From a virus: DNA of 13,254 nt. The stretch lies in UHGV virus genome UHGV-0180761; one strand, written 5' to 3'. The position numbers were made by a program, and so were the translations under genes. A model generated the notes under the pieces. The model ran no database searches. It was not told the origin of the DNA and saw nothing but the letters and a program-made list of their open reading frames with translations. This document shows positions 1 through 6,974 of the stretch, piece after piece (position 1 is the first letter of the stretch; each line of letters opens with the position of its first letter).

Positions 1-49
1 TTGCAACAAGTTGCTGTTGTTTTATTTTGTACACAAAGTATCTTTAACT

Positions 50-604
50 TTATTTATCCCCTGCAGGAAACCTCTTATACAAAGTTGACACACCAACATC
101 ATAGATAATCGCCACCTTCTGGCGAGGAATGCCTGATGCAATTAATCGCCCGGCCTGCGCCCATTGTTCTAGTGTAAGTTTGGGACGACGTCCCCCAATT
201 CGTCCCTGTGCGCGAGCAGCTTCCAGTCCAGCTTTTGTTCGTTCAACAATCAGTTCTCGTTCCATTTCAGCCAGGGCACCCATCACATGAAAGAAAAAAC
301 GCCCCATCGGTGTGCTGGTATCAATAGCATCCGTCAGGCTGCGAAAATTAACGCCACGTTCGCGCAACTCCTCAACCAGAATGACCAGATGCCGCATACT
401 GCGCCCCAGCCGATCCAGCTTCCAGACAACCAGAGTGTCACCTGCCGATAATGTCCTGAGCAGTTTTTTCAGTCCCGGCCTTTCGGACTTTGTACCGCTT
501 ATCTTGTCTTCAAAAATCAGCTCGCATCCTGCACAGTTCAGCGCATTACGTTGTAGATCTGTGTTCTGGTCATTTGTTGACACACGTACATAGCCAATAA
601 GCAT
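50..604 (-). CDS. pin: Serine recombinase, DNA invertase of the Pin/Gin/Hin/Cin family (184 aa)
   Basis: N-terminal catalytic motif GYVRVSTNDQ, resolvase core, C-terminal HTH (GIPRQKVAIIYDVGVSTLYK). Start taken at internal Met (MLIGYVRV), giving 184 aa; the 12-codon extension in the ORF track has no support. Confidence 0.9.
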   Translation of the reverse strand: MLIGYVRVSTNDQNTDLQRNALNCAGCELIFEDKISGTKSERPGLKKLLRTLSAGDTLVVWKLDRLGRSMRHLVILVEELRERGVNFRSLTDAIDTSTPMGRFFFHVMGALAEMERELIVERTKAGLEAARAQGRIGGRRPKLTLEQWAQAGRLIASGIPRQKVAIIYDVGVSTLYKRFPAGDK

Positions 605-658
605 GGTAGATCTCCCTGACAAAAGCAGGAATGATGCCATTTGCTCGTTATTTCTGCA

Positions 659-684
659 TTTTCATAAATGTTGGTTTGGGAGAA
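659..684. promoter_or_regulatory. Candidate invertase crossover (pix/gix-like) site
   Basis: TTTTCATAAATG-TT-GGTTTGGGAGAA: two 12-bp half-sites around a 2-bp core, the right half resembling the GGTTT-type half-site of gix/hix sites as I remember them; about 55 bp upstream of the pin start. Left half is a poor match. Confidence 0.3.
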
Positions 685-795
685 GCGGCGAAAAGGGATG
701 TGGGCACAGGAGATAATCAGATACCGGATAAAACCGTTCTTACCCGCGCCGAACTTATCCTTCTGCGCGGTTTTCGTGTCTATACGATGCATGGA

Positions 796-1380
796 TTACT
801 CCGGATATTTAAAAATTACGTAGGTATGCGACGGGCAGAGTTTGTTAAGCACACACTCGACAACGGTGTCACCCCAGATACGCAGTGCGGAATCACAGGG
901 ATCGCCACATGTCATCCAGGTGGTGTTGGTGGTGGTTGGCATGTTGACCTGCCAGTAATACCGCCATTCCGGCGCATTCACCGCGTCAGTACAGGCCGAT
1001 GAGCAGGTGAACGTGCTTTTGTCGTATCGCGTGATGGTGGCATCTGGTCTGCCCAGGGCAGCAAGCTGTGCAAGATAAAAATCCTCGTTGATGCCGCCCG
1101 CCAGGTTAACCTTCGCATCCAGCCGTTGCTGACGCTGGCGAAGGGTCTGTGTCCCTGCGGGAATACATTCATCCGGCAGGCCGCACAGACGCTCCCAGCG
1201 ATTTATCAGTTCGGTGGTGGTGCGCGGATCCAGCTCCCGCATCAGGGCATCCGCACGCTGATGAACACGGGTTAATGACGGTGCCGCACCGGCAATCGCC
1301 GGATCGCTGGCTGACCACGCCGGACCGGGGGGCAACAGTGCCGACAACAGACGGATGTAATCATCGTTTGTCACGTCCAT
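796..1380 (-). CDS. ymfQ: YmfQ-like phage baseplate/tail-associated protein (DUF2313-type, 194 aa)
   Basis: ORF 796..1461; start moved to the internal Met at 1380 ([12 protein letters not shown]), which has a GGGGA Shine-Dalgarno about 7 nt upstream and gives 194 aa. Family assignment is from memory, not a search. Confidence 0.6.
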   Translation of the reverse strand: MDVTNDDYIRLLSALLPPGPAWSASDPAIAGAAPSLTRVHQRADALMRELDPRTTTELINRWERLCGLPDECIPAGTQTLRQRQQRLDAKVNLAGGINEDFYLAQLAALGRPDATITRYDKSTFTCSSACTDAVNAPEWRYYWQVNMPTTTNTTWMTCGDPCDSALRIWGDTVVECVLNKLCPSHTYVIFKYPE

Positions 1381-1497
1381 GAAATCGTCCCCAGTACCCC
1401 AGCTCGCGGACATCCTTCCCGGTGGGTTCATCAAACTCCAGTACGGAGAGTGTCTCACCATGAGCGATAATCGGTTTCTTTAACTCAAGCTCTTTCA

Positions 1498-1854
1498 TTA
1501 CTGGTAATCCCCTTCTTCACCGTGGAACTCAAGATCAACCGTGCCTTCTTCGGCATTATGGTTCGCTTCTCCGTGCAGCCAGGCGGACGACAATACATAG
1601 ACCTGACCGTTCGCCAGCTCGGCAGTGATGGTCATCTCATCAGACGAGGTGATTTTGCTCACCGGAAAATTCTTCGGCACCTTGAAGGTCCCTTTGACAT
1701 AAGGCGCACGGTGAGTTTCCTTGCGGTCCACTGAACCGTCCAGGCCGATGATGTCATCATTGACCGTCCTGTTCATGGGCACCTCAATGCCGCCGGTCAG
1801 CGATAGCTGCTGACCGTCAATTTTGAAATAACAGGTTCCCCCGATACGGGCCAT
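1498..1854 (-). CDS. Hypothetical phage protein, 118 aa (possibly a tail-tube-like remnant of the structural module)
   Basis: Clean ORF whose ATG overlaps the stop of the upstream 490-aa ORF (TAATG arrangement), which suggests translational coupling. No diagnostic motif recognised; function is a guess from position. Confidence 0.5.
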   Translation of the reverse strand: MARIGGTCYFKIDGQQLSLTGGIEVPMNRTVNDDIIGLDGSVDRKETHRAPYVKGTFKVPKNFPVSKITSSDEMTITAELANGQVYVLSSAWLHGEANHNAEEGTVDLEFHGEEGDYQ

Positions 1855-3326
1855 TATGCAGACTCCTCTGAATACTGAAGACGGAACTGGTTAACCACGG
1901 CAAAAACACGCAACTGGTTAACATAGTCAGGCGGGAACAGCGTGTTCAGGCGGTTCGGATCGCTGGCATCACGCTCCACAACCAGGTACTGCTTAAACAG
2001 TTCGTAGTTTTCCACGATCCCCGCACGCTCAAGCTGACGGTAGGTTGCCAGCAGTTCCCCTTTGATCACCGCCGGAGTGACAATCGCCTGACCGGGACCA
2101 AAGCGGGTACCGTCACTGGCAAGCTTGTGACGCCCGTACTTACTGGTAATGACGGATTTCAGTTTGCGCAGTACATACGCGCTGGTATGCAGCGTCTCAC
2201 TGTCGAGGTAGCTGTTATCCGCAACCCCGTAAGCGTTTTTCCTGTACGTGGTGACATCACGCTGAATGCGCAGTACCCCGCTTTCGACATACGCCGTTGC
2301 CACGCCATGAGACAGCAGGGTCTGTTGTTCGGTCATCGTGAACCGTTTCCCCTTCGGCGCAGGCAGCATACCCACCAGCTCACCGGTCTGCGTGGGACGT
2401 GCCGGATCGTTGCGGATAAACACCGCTGCGCGGGCGGTACGGCTTGCCGCCAGCTCGTCGGCAGGCGTCTGGGTCTCTTTTTCGTACCCCGCCAGGGTAA
2501 TGTGCTGCTGGTTAAACTGGTCACCTGCGGTCACCAGTTCTGACAGCGTACCGGTCTTTGCCGTATACACATGACCATACAGCTGACGCGCATAGCTCCA
2601 GCGACCGCTGGTATCGTTCATCTCGGTCAGGCGAATTTCGTTTGCCCAGGCTGTCCAGTTCGGTTCTTTGGGACGAACCACCTCGCCGTCACATTCGGCG
2701 GCCTGCTCGTACAGGGCGATGATTTTTTTCCAGAGCCACTGTGCGCAGGTCAAATCATCCTGCGTTCCCCACTGGCGCTTTTTAGGGCTGAATACAACCG
2801 CATCAGGATGGCGAGTTAAAAACTCCTGTTCAGCCGTCTGCGTGTCCGGTTGCGAAGCGTCCGGACGAGAAGTTTTTTTATCTGACGGATCATGTTTTGA
2901 TTTTACTGACGGATCCCCGCCAGATTCTGACGGGTGAAAACCCGCTTTTTTGCCAGATTTCGACGCATCAAATTTTGACGGGTCAGATTTTGATGCGTCA
3001 GATTTTGACGGGTCAGAATCTGACAGTTGAGAAAATGCCGCTGCCTGAAGCTTCGCAACGTTAAGCTGATAAACATTCGACGCATTGCGGTTACCCTGGC
3101 GACGCGCCTTACGCGTTAACCAGCCTTCTGCTTCCAGCCGTGCGATAGCCGTTCTGACGGTACTCATTCCCGCGCCAATCTGGCGGGCAATGGTTTCAAT
3201 TGATGGCCAGCACACACCTTCGTCATTACTGAAATCAGCCTGGCGGGCCATAATTGCCACGCTGGATAATTTCATGCCTGATGCAGCGCAACCATCCCAT
3301 ACATAGCCGGTTAATTTAGTGCTCAT
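1854..3326 (-). CDS. YmfN-like chimeric protein (490 aa): N-terminal winged-helix replication-initiator-like domain, low-complexity repeat linker, C-terminal phage structural or packaging domain
   Basis: ATG at 3326 with AGAGG Shine-Dalgarno; N-terminus has an HTH-like segment (SIETIARQIGAGMSTVRTAIARLEAEGWL); middle is a D/S/K/P-rich repeat; the C-terminal 250 aa look like a phage virion or packaging protein, but I cannot tell sheath-like from terminase-like without a search. Confidence 0.7.
   Translation of the reverse strand: MSTKLTGYVWDGCAASGMKLSSVAIMARQADFSNDEGVCWPSIETIARQIGAGMSTVRTAIARLEAEGWLTRKARRQGNRNASNVYQLNVAKLQAAAFSQLSDSDPSKSDASKSDPSKFDASKSGKKAGFHPSESGGDPSVKSKHDPSDKKTSRPDASQPDTQTAEQEFLTRHPDAVVFSPKKRQWGTQDDLTCAQWLWKKIIALYEQAAECDGEVVRPKEPNWTAWANEIRLTEMNDTSGRWSYARQLYGHVYTAKTGTLSELVTAGDQFNQQHITLAGYEKETQTPADELAASRTARAAVFIRNDPARPTQTGELVGMLPAPKGKRFTMTEQQTLLSHGVATAYVESGVLRIQRDVTTYRKNAYGVADNSYLDSETLHTSAYVLRKLKSVITSKYGRHKLASDGTRFGPGQAIVTPAVIKGELLATYRQLERAGIVENYELFKQYLVVERDASDPNRLNTLFPPDYVNQLRVFAVVNQFRLQYSEESA
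2955..3026. repeat. Tandem repeat, about 5 imperfect copies of a 15-bp unit (GATTTTGACGGGTCA / GATTTTGATGCGTCA), inside the YmfN-like CDS
   Basis: Directly visible: agatttcgacgcatca aattttgacgggtca gattttgatgcgtca gattttgacgggtca gaatctgacag. Encodes pentapeptide repeats (SKSDA/SKSDP) on the minus strand; related degenerate copies continue upstream to about 2893. Confidence 0.8.
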
Positions 3327-3335
3327 GACCGACCT

Positions 3336-3674
3336 CTATTTCCCTGAATTTACGACGAAACTGTTCGAGCGGGCTGAAGCACTCATGCTCATAGCCTTCG
3401 CGGAGGTAGATAACACGTTGTGTTTCCGGCTCCCAACGAATGACTCTGACGGGCACACCGTAGTGATCTTTGAACCAGCGGTTAACTTGTCGCAAAGGAC
3501 TGTCTCCTTCTGCCGGTTGAAATCACCCACAGCCCACTCTGCAAAGCTGTGGGTTACAATTTCCCTGTCACCTGGTACATTTACTGCATAGCAATACTCC
3601 ACCTTCGCTTTTCCACCCGGTACAGGAAGCGCAATCAGTTGCGAGCGACGGTAGTGTGTTGTTAAACTGTTCAT
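3336..3674 (-). CDS. ymfM: YmfM-like protein (112 aa)
   Basis: ORF length equals K-12 YmfM (112 aa) and sits in the same position after the YmfL-like gene; ATGA start/stop overlap with the upstream gene. Identity by length and synteny only. Confidence 0.6.
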   Translation of the reverse strand: MNSLTTHYRRSQLIALPVPGGKAKVEYCYAVNVPGDREIVTHSFAEWAVGDFNRQKETVLCDKLTAGSKITTVCPSESFVGSRKHNVLSTSAKAMSMSASARSNSFVVNSGK

Positions 3675-4234
3675 GCGTTAGTTTCTCCACAGTCACGACA
3701 CGCCACGGCGCCCGGAGCTGCACACTCGCGGGCGTCACTACTTTCTGAAACGCAAAAGATTTTGTAGACCAGTGCTGCATGCTCCTGCAGCTTCGAAATT
3801 GAGAGATACAGCTCATCGTTAATTGCTGTCTTCTCATGCGGTTCCACTACACCGTCTTCAATTGCTGAACGAATCTGTTTTGAATAACTGCCGATCTGTT
3901 CAATGACTTCCAGCAGGCGTTGGTTGATATCGGCGTTGTCCACATCCTCGACGTCAGGAAGAGACACAAAGACGCCATTTGCAGACTGCGCCACAGCATC
4001 AGCAATGAAGTGAGTGCCACCAGCACGCTGTAAAACCATTGCCCATCCCAGCGGGAAAATCTGATCGCCATCTGCACGAAGGCGGTTGAATAAAGCGTTT
4101 TCTGTTACATCGAGCCAGTCAGCCGCTTCAGCGTAACCACCCGGCAACGCCGCGATAGTTTTTCTGACAGCTTTCACGTACCACTCAGGCTGTTTTTCTA
4201 TTTTCCAGTGATGCTTACCCACGGTTAGCCTCAT
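3671..4234 (-). CDS. ymfL: YmfL-like protein (187 aa), function unknown
   Basis: First gene downstream of cro on the minus strand, coupled to the YmfM-like gene by an ATGA overlap; C-terminal CxxC pair ([17 protein letters not shown]). Name by synteny and length (K-12 YmfL about 189 aa). Confidence 0.6.
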   Translation of the reverse strand: MRLTVGKHHWKIEKQPEWYVKAVRKTIAALPGGYAEAADWLDVTENALFNRLRADGDQIFPLGWAMVLQRAGGTHFIADAVAQSANGVFVSLPDVEDVDNADINQRLLEVIEQIGSYSKQIRSAIEDGVVEPHEKTAINDELYLSISKLQEHAALVYKIFCVSESSDARECAAPGAVACRDCGETNA

Positions 4235-4265
4235 CGTTCTGTGGTTAAAAATTGAAAGTGTTCTG

Positions 4266-4466
4266 CTAATCTTTCGGATAGATATCCGGTCTTAAGTCAG
4301 ATTTCGTAATTGCACCTGACGTGCATTGCTCAAGTTTTTTAGCCAGCACAAAACTGGCTTTTTTATAGCCATTGAAAACCAGCCGTAAGTAGCCAGGTGT
4401 TGAGCCAACTTTTCCGGCCAACTCGCCCTGCTGTTCTTTGGTTAAAGAGTCCCAATACGCTTTCAT
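4266..4466 (-). CDS. croE: Cro-like repressor (66 aa)
   Basis: Short form MKAYWDSLTKEQQGELAGKVGSTPGYLRLVFNGYKKASFVLAKKLEQ with an HTH; GAGG Shine-Dalgarno upstream of ATG at 4466; divergent from the cI-type repressor across an operator region. The 167-aa ORF in the track is an artefactual extension through the operators. Confidence 0.75.
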   Translation of the reverse strand: MKAYWDSLTKEQQGELAGKVGSTPGYLRLVFNGYKKASFVLAKKLEQCTSGAITKSDLRPDIYPKD

Positions 4467-4468
4467 AC

Positions 4469-4493
4469 AATATGTACCTCCGGTGTACATATT
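4469..4493. promoter_or_regulatory. Operator-like palindrome AATATGTAC-N7-GTACATATT (OR site)
   Basis: Perfect 9-bp inverted arms directly upstream of the cro start, in the cro/cI intergenic region. Confidence 0.55.
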
Positions 4494-4520
4494 ACATGAT
4501 TGAAATGAACCTTCAAGATA

Positions 4521-4541
4521 CTTGTACCTTAACGGTACAAG
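4521..4541. promoter_or_regulatory. Operator-like palindrome CTTGTACC-N5-GGTACAAG (OR site), overlapping a putative PRM-like promoter
   Basis: Perfect 8-bp inverted arms 16 bp upstream of the repressor ATG; TTTAAT at 4545-4550 is a possible -10 that would give a near-leaderless repressor mRNA (inference). Confidence 0.55.
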
Positions 4542-4556
4542 GGTTTTAATTTCGTT

Positions 4557-5231
4557 ATGAAAACAATCCATGACATCCGGCGGTCTAACGCCAGAAAACT
4601 GAGAGATGGTGTTGGCGGGAATTCTTCCTTTGCCACTATGATTGATCGCGAGCCAACCCAGACCAGCAGGTTTATGGGAGATGGTGCTACTAAAAATATC
4701 GGTGACAGCATGGCACGACACATCGAAAAATGTTTCGACCTGCCTGTCGGATGGCTCGATCAAGAACACCAGACAACGAACATCACAAAAAAACCTGATG
4801 TTTCAATCACTAATAAACAAATCACATTAGTCCCTGTCATATCATGGGTACAGGCCGGAGCATGGAAAGAAGTTGGATATTCTGAGGTTGATTTGAGCAC
4901 AGCAGAAACGTATCCCTGCCCTGTACCCTGTGGGGAAATGACTTATATCTTGCGGGTGATAGGTGATTCAATGATTGATGAGTACCGCCCGGGAGACATG
5001 ATTTTTGTCGATCCTGAAGTACCTGCCTGCCACGGTGACGACGTTATTGCATTGATGCACGATACAGGCGAAACCACCTTCAAAAGGTTGATAGAAGATG
5101 GGACACAGCGTTATCTCAAAGCGTTAAACCCAAACTGGCCTGAGCCTTACATTAAGATCAACGGTAATTGCTCTATAATTGGTACAGTGATTTTCTCAGG
5201 AAAACCAAGAAGATACAAAATCAAAGCCTAA
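4557..5231 (+). CDS. cohE: CI-type prophage repressor with C-terminal S24 (LexA-like) autopeptidase domain (224 aa)
   Basis: C-terminal S24 motif (VIGDSMIDEYRPGDMIFVDPE ... TFKRL, Ser/Lys dyad context); divergent from cro; length equals K-12 CohE (224 aa). Confidence 0.85.
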   Translation: MKTIHDIRRSNARKLRDGVGGNSSFATMIDREPTQTSRFMGDGATKNIGDSMARHIEKCFDLPVGWLDQEHQTTNITKKPDVSITNKQITLVPVISWVQAGAWKEVGYSEVDLSTAETYPCPVPCGEMTYILRVIGDSMIDEYRPGDMIFVDPEVPACHGDDVIALMHDTGETTFKRLIEDGTQRYLKALNPNWPEPYIKINGNCSIIGTVIFSGKPRRYKIKA

Positions 5232-5243
5232 TCAATGTTTATG

Positions 5244-5266
5244 AACCTGCTTCGGCAGGTTTTTTT
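5244..5266 (+). terminator. Rho-independent terminator downstream of the repressor gene
   Basis: AACCTGC-TTCG-GCAGGTT hairpin followed by a run of 6-7 T, starting 13 nt after the repressor stop codon. Confidence 0.7.
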
Positions 5267-5270
5267 ATAC

Positions 5271-5303
5271 TTGACAATGTACCTTTGAGATACATAATGT
5301 ACC
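5271..5303 (+). promoter_or_regulatory. PL-like sigma70 promoter with two direct AATGTACC operator half-sites
   Basis: TTGACA (5271-5276), 16-bp spacer, CATAAT (5293-5298); AATGTACC at 5276-5283 and 5296-5303 overlap the -35 and -10, sharing the TGTACC core of the cro/cI operators. Confidence 0.55.
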
Positions 5304-5380
5304 CAAGCGAAACAACGAACAGGCAGGACGCCCACGAAGTAGCCGCCTGGGGCATATGAAGTCCAGGATGATTCGTTAGC

Positions 5381-5407
5381 AACAAAAAAGCGCCCTACAG
5401 GACGCTT
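5381..5407 (-). terminator. Minus-strand intrinsic terminator-like hairpin
   Basis: On the minus strand: AAGCG(T)CC-TGTAG-GGCGCTT followed by TTTTGTTG; lies about 240 nt downstream of the stop of the 144-aa minus-strand gene. Confidence 0.4.
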
Positions 5408-5465
5408 AGCTCTTTAACAATCTGGTCCCCATCAACAAGTAACTGATAACTTGAGGAGATGTGAA

Positions 5466-5672
5466 ATGCACAAAACAGAACCCAAAATCGTCGCGCCTGG
5501 CTACACAGATGAGGAAATTTATGAGTGGATGACAAAGAAGCTGGCAGCTATAAACCAGCTTCGTGAAGTGCTGTCTTATCGACAGGAAACAATAGACTCC
5601 TTAAAAAAACTGGATCAGGAAATCACGGTTTTATCACAGGATGTTACTTTAGATATTGTGCAGACAAATTAG
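5466..5672 (+). CDS. Hypothetical small protein (68 aa), first ORF after the PL-like promoter
   Basis: ATG at 5466 with GAGGAG Shine-Dalgarno 6 nt upstream (the ORF track started at an upstream TTG); predicted helical/coiled-coil-like. Its 3-prime end overlaps the convergent 144-aa gene by 29 nt. Confidence 0.4.
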   Translation: MHKTEPKIVAPGYTDEEIYEWMTKKLAAINQLREVLSYRQETIDSLKKLDQEITVLSQDVTLDIVQTN

Positions 5673-6078
5673 GATCCCATTCATTTTCGTCAAAATCATC
5701 AAAGTGATGAATTTGTGATCTCCAGTCTCGATAATCTAAAAATTTCTGGGCGGTTACGCTTATTTTATCAAGTGTGAGTTCATCCTGAATTGAAAGAAGA
5801 AGTTCATCAAATTTCATCTCATTAATCTGTTTTGGCATCCAGTGATGCTTCATCAGAATAAGGTGAACCAGAGCCTTTTTCCCATTCAACTGATTATAGG
5901 GAGTGCCGAATTTCTTCCGGTGCTCATGTAAGACAAGGTCCAAAAGAGTAAGTAATGTTGCCCTTGATTCAACTTTGCTTATTTCGACTGATGACACTAC
6001 CCCACTGATTTCAATGCCCCGATACTTTCCAACATTTTCACAGTGGGATTTGTACAGCGTATAGATATTACCGGACAT
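5644..6078 (-). CDS. Hypothetical protein (144 aa), AT-rich moron gene of unknown function
   Basis: Clean ORF with AAGGA Shine-Dalgarno about 7 nt upstream of ATG at 6078; visibly more AT-rich than flanking prophage genes; opposite orientation to the surrounding plus-strand operon. No motif recognised. Confidence 0.6.
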   Translation of the reverse strand: MSGNIYTLYKSHCENVGKYRGIEISGVVSSVEISKVESRATLLTLLDLVLHEHRKKFGTPYNQLNGKKALVHLILMKHHWMPKQINEMKFDELLLSIQDELTLDKISVTAQKFLDYRDWRSQIHHFDDFDENEWDPNLSAQYLK

Positions 6079-6092
6079 TTCTTTTCCTTTTG

Positions 6093-6143
6093 CGTTGTTG
6101 GGGATAACCAGATTAACCGAATCCTTGTTGTTGGGGAATAACC
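6093..6143. repeat. Direct repeat GTTGTTGGGGATAACCAG / GTTGTTGGGGAATAACCAGG upstream of the 144-aa gene
   Basis: Two 18-20-bp near-identical copies (one has an extra A) separated by about 13 bp, sitting 15-65 bp upstream of the minus-strand start codon. Confidence 0.6.
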
Positions 6144-6364
6144 AGGTCCACCTCGCCTGATGTGGCTAAAAGCAGGCACATAACAGCTAAGTATTTTCAA
6201 CCAGAGAGAATCCTTAGCGTTGTGGTGAATGCGGCTCAGCGCACGCGGGTTAAGGTTGAGGCTGACAGTCGACCTTCTGTGGATACCCACCCGCCTGGTG
6301 TGCAACCTTCGCCAGGCACCGGGAGGCACCCGGCACCACAACTTTATGCTGTGTGTAGTCCTGG

Positions 6365-6410
6365 CGGTACCAGTTTGTACCCTTGCTTCCGGCTGGTACC
6401 GTCCTTTTTA
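6365..6410 (+). promoter_or_regulatory. Inverted repeat CGGTACCAG-N19-CTGGTACCG followed by a T-run; operator cluster or terminator-like element in a non-coding stretch
   Basis: Perfect 9-bp arms; the spacer contains TTGTACCC (same core as the cro/cI operators); followed by TCCTTTTTA. Lies in a roughly 400-bp GC-rich region with no convincing ORF. Confidence 0.35.
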
Positions 6411-6546
6411 CAAAACAGAGAAGAGCATCACCGGACGACGGGCTCATAACCCAATCCATCCGGGCGGCTGCCACCGCAGGTGTTCTTCTCTGTTTTGTGG
6501 AGAAACTAATCGGCCTTGCAGGGTCGATATGATGAGGAGCAGCAAA

Positions 6547-6909
6547 ATGGCTAGCGAACGCAGTACTGATGTGCAGGCATTTATCGGGGAGCTGGACGGC
6601 GGCGTATTTGAAACCAAAATCGGCGCAGTTCTCAGTGAAGTCGCTTCCGGTGTGATGAACACGAAAACCAAAGGTAAGGTCTCACTCAACCTGGAAATCG
6701 AACCATTTGATGAGAACCGTGTGAAAATCAAACACAAACTCTCATATGTTCGCCCGACTAACCGCGGGAAAATTTCCGAAGAAGACACCACCGAAACGCC
6801 GATGTATGTCAATCGCGGTGGTCGCCTGACTATTCTGCAGGAAGACCAGGGACAGTTACTGACTCTTGCCGGTGAACCTGACGGAAAACTCCGCGCAGCA
6901 GGTCGTTAA
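6547..6909 (+). CDS. YfdP-like prophage protein (120 aa), function unknown
   Basis: Start set at ATG 6547 (GAGGAG 8 nt upstream) rather than the 226-aa track ORF; 120 aa and position upstream of a YfdQ-like gene match the CPS-53 yfdP-yfdQ-yfdR arrangement as I recall it. Confidence 0.55.
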   Translation: MASERSTDVQAFIGELDGGVFETKIGAVLSEVASGVMNTKTKGKVSLNLEIEPFDENRVKIKHKLSYVRPTNRGKISEEDTTETPMYVNRGGRLTILQEDQGQLLTLAGEPDGKLRAAGR

Positions 6910-6974
6910 TATCGTTTTTAATTAACTGATTATTTATCTCATCACTGAATATCTTTATATAGTGAGGACTTATT

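Noticed and set aside
1-49. GCAAC-AA-GTTGC palindrome at the window start as a possible att or crossover site
   Set aside because: Only 5-bp arms with a 2-bp centre, no resemblance to invertase half-sites and no flanking direct repeat; too short to distinguish from chance and truncated by the window edge.
312-593. 93-aa plus-strand ORF inside the pin gene
   Set aside because: Lies entirely antisense to a well-supported serine recombinase CDS; Ser/Arg-rich low-complexity translation, no ribosome-binding site; typical shadow ORF.
796-1461. 221-aa long form of the YmfQ-like ORF
   Set aside because: The upstream ATG at 1461 has no Shine-Dalgarno, whereas the internal ATG at 1380 has GGGGA at proper spacing and yields the 194-aa length; the long form is kept only as an alternative.
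2127-2937. Several plus-strand ORFs (138, 78, 82 and 89 aa) overlapping the 490-aa minus-strand gene
   Set aside because: All are antisense to a long ORF with a good Shine-Dalgarno and recognisable domains; their compositions are Arg/Cys/Gly-rich as expected for out-of-frame GC-rich sequence.
2893-3030. Possible CRISPR array suggested by short tandem repeats
   Set aside because: The repeats are 15-bp units in direct tandem with no spacers, in frame inside a CDS, and encode a low-complexity peptide linker; no cas genes in the window.
4266-4769. 167-aa long form of the cro ORF
   Set aside because: The extension runs through both operator palindromes and the first 70 codons of the repressor gene on the other strand; the 66-aa form starting at 4466 has a Shine-Dalgarno and matches the Cro size.
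6162-6474. 95-aa plus-strand and 74-aa minus-strand ORFs in the GC-rich non-coding stretch
   Set aside because: Non-ATG or unsupported starts, no Shine-Dalgarno, Pro/Gly/Arg-biased composition, and mutual overlap on opposite strands; more consistent with non-coding or decayed sequence.
6229-6909. 226-aa long form of the YfdP-like ORF
   Set aside because: The N-terminal 106 codons lie in GC-rich sequence with Pro/Arg/Leu-rich translation and no ribosome-binding site; the internal ATG at 6547 has a GAGGAG Shine-Dalgarno and gives the expected 120-aa product.
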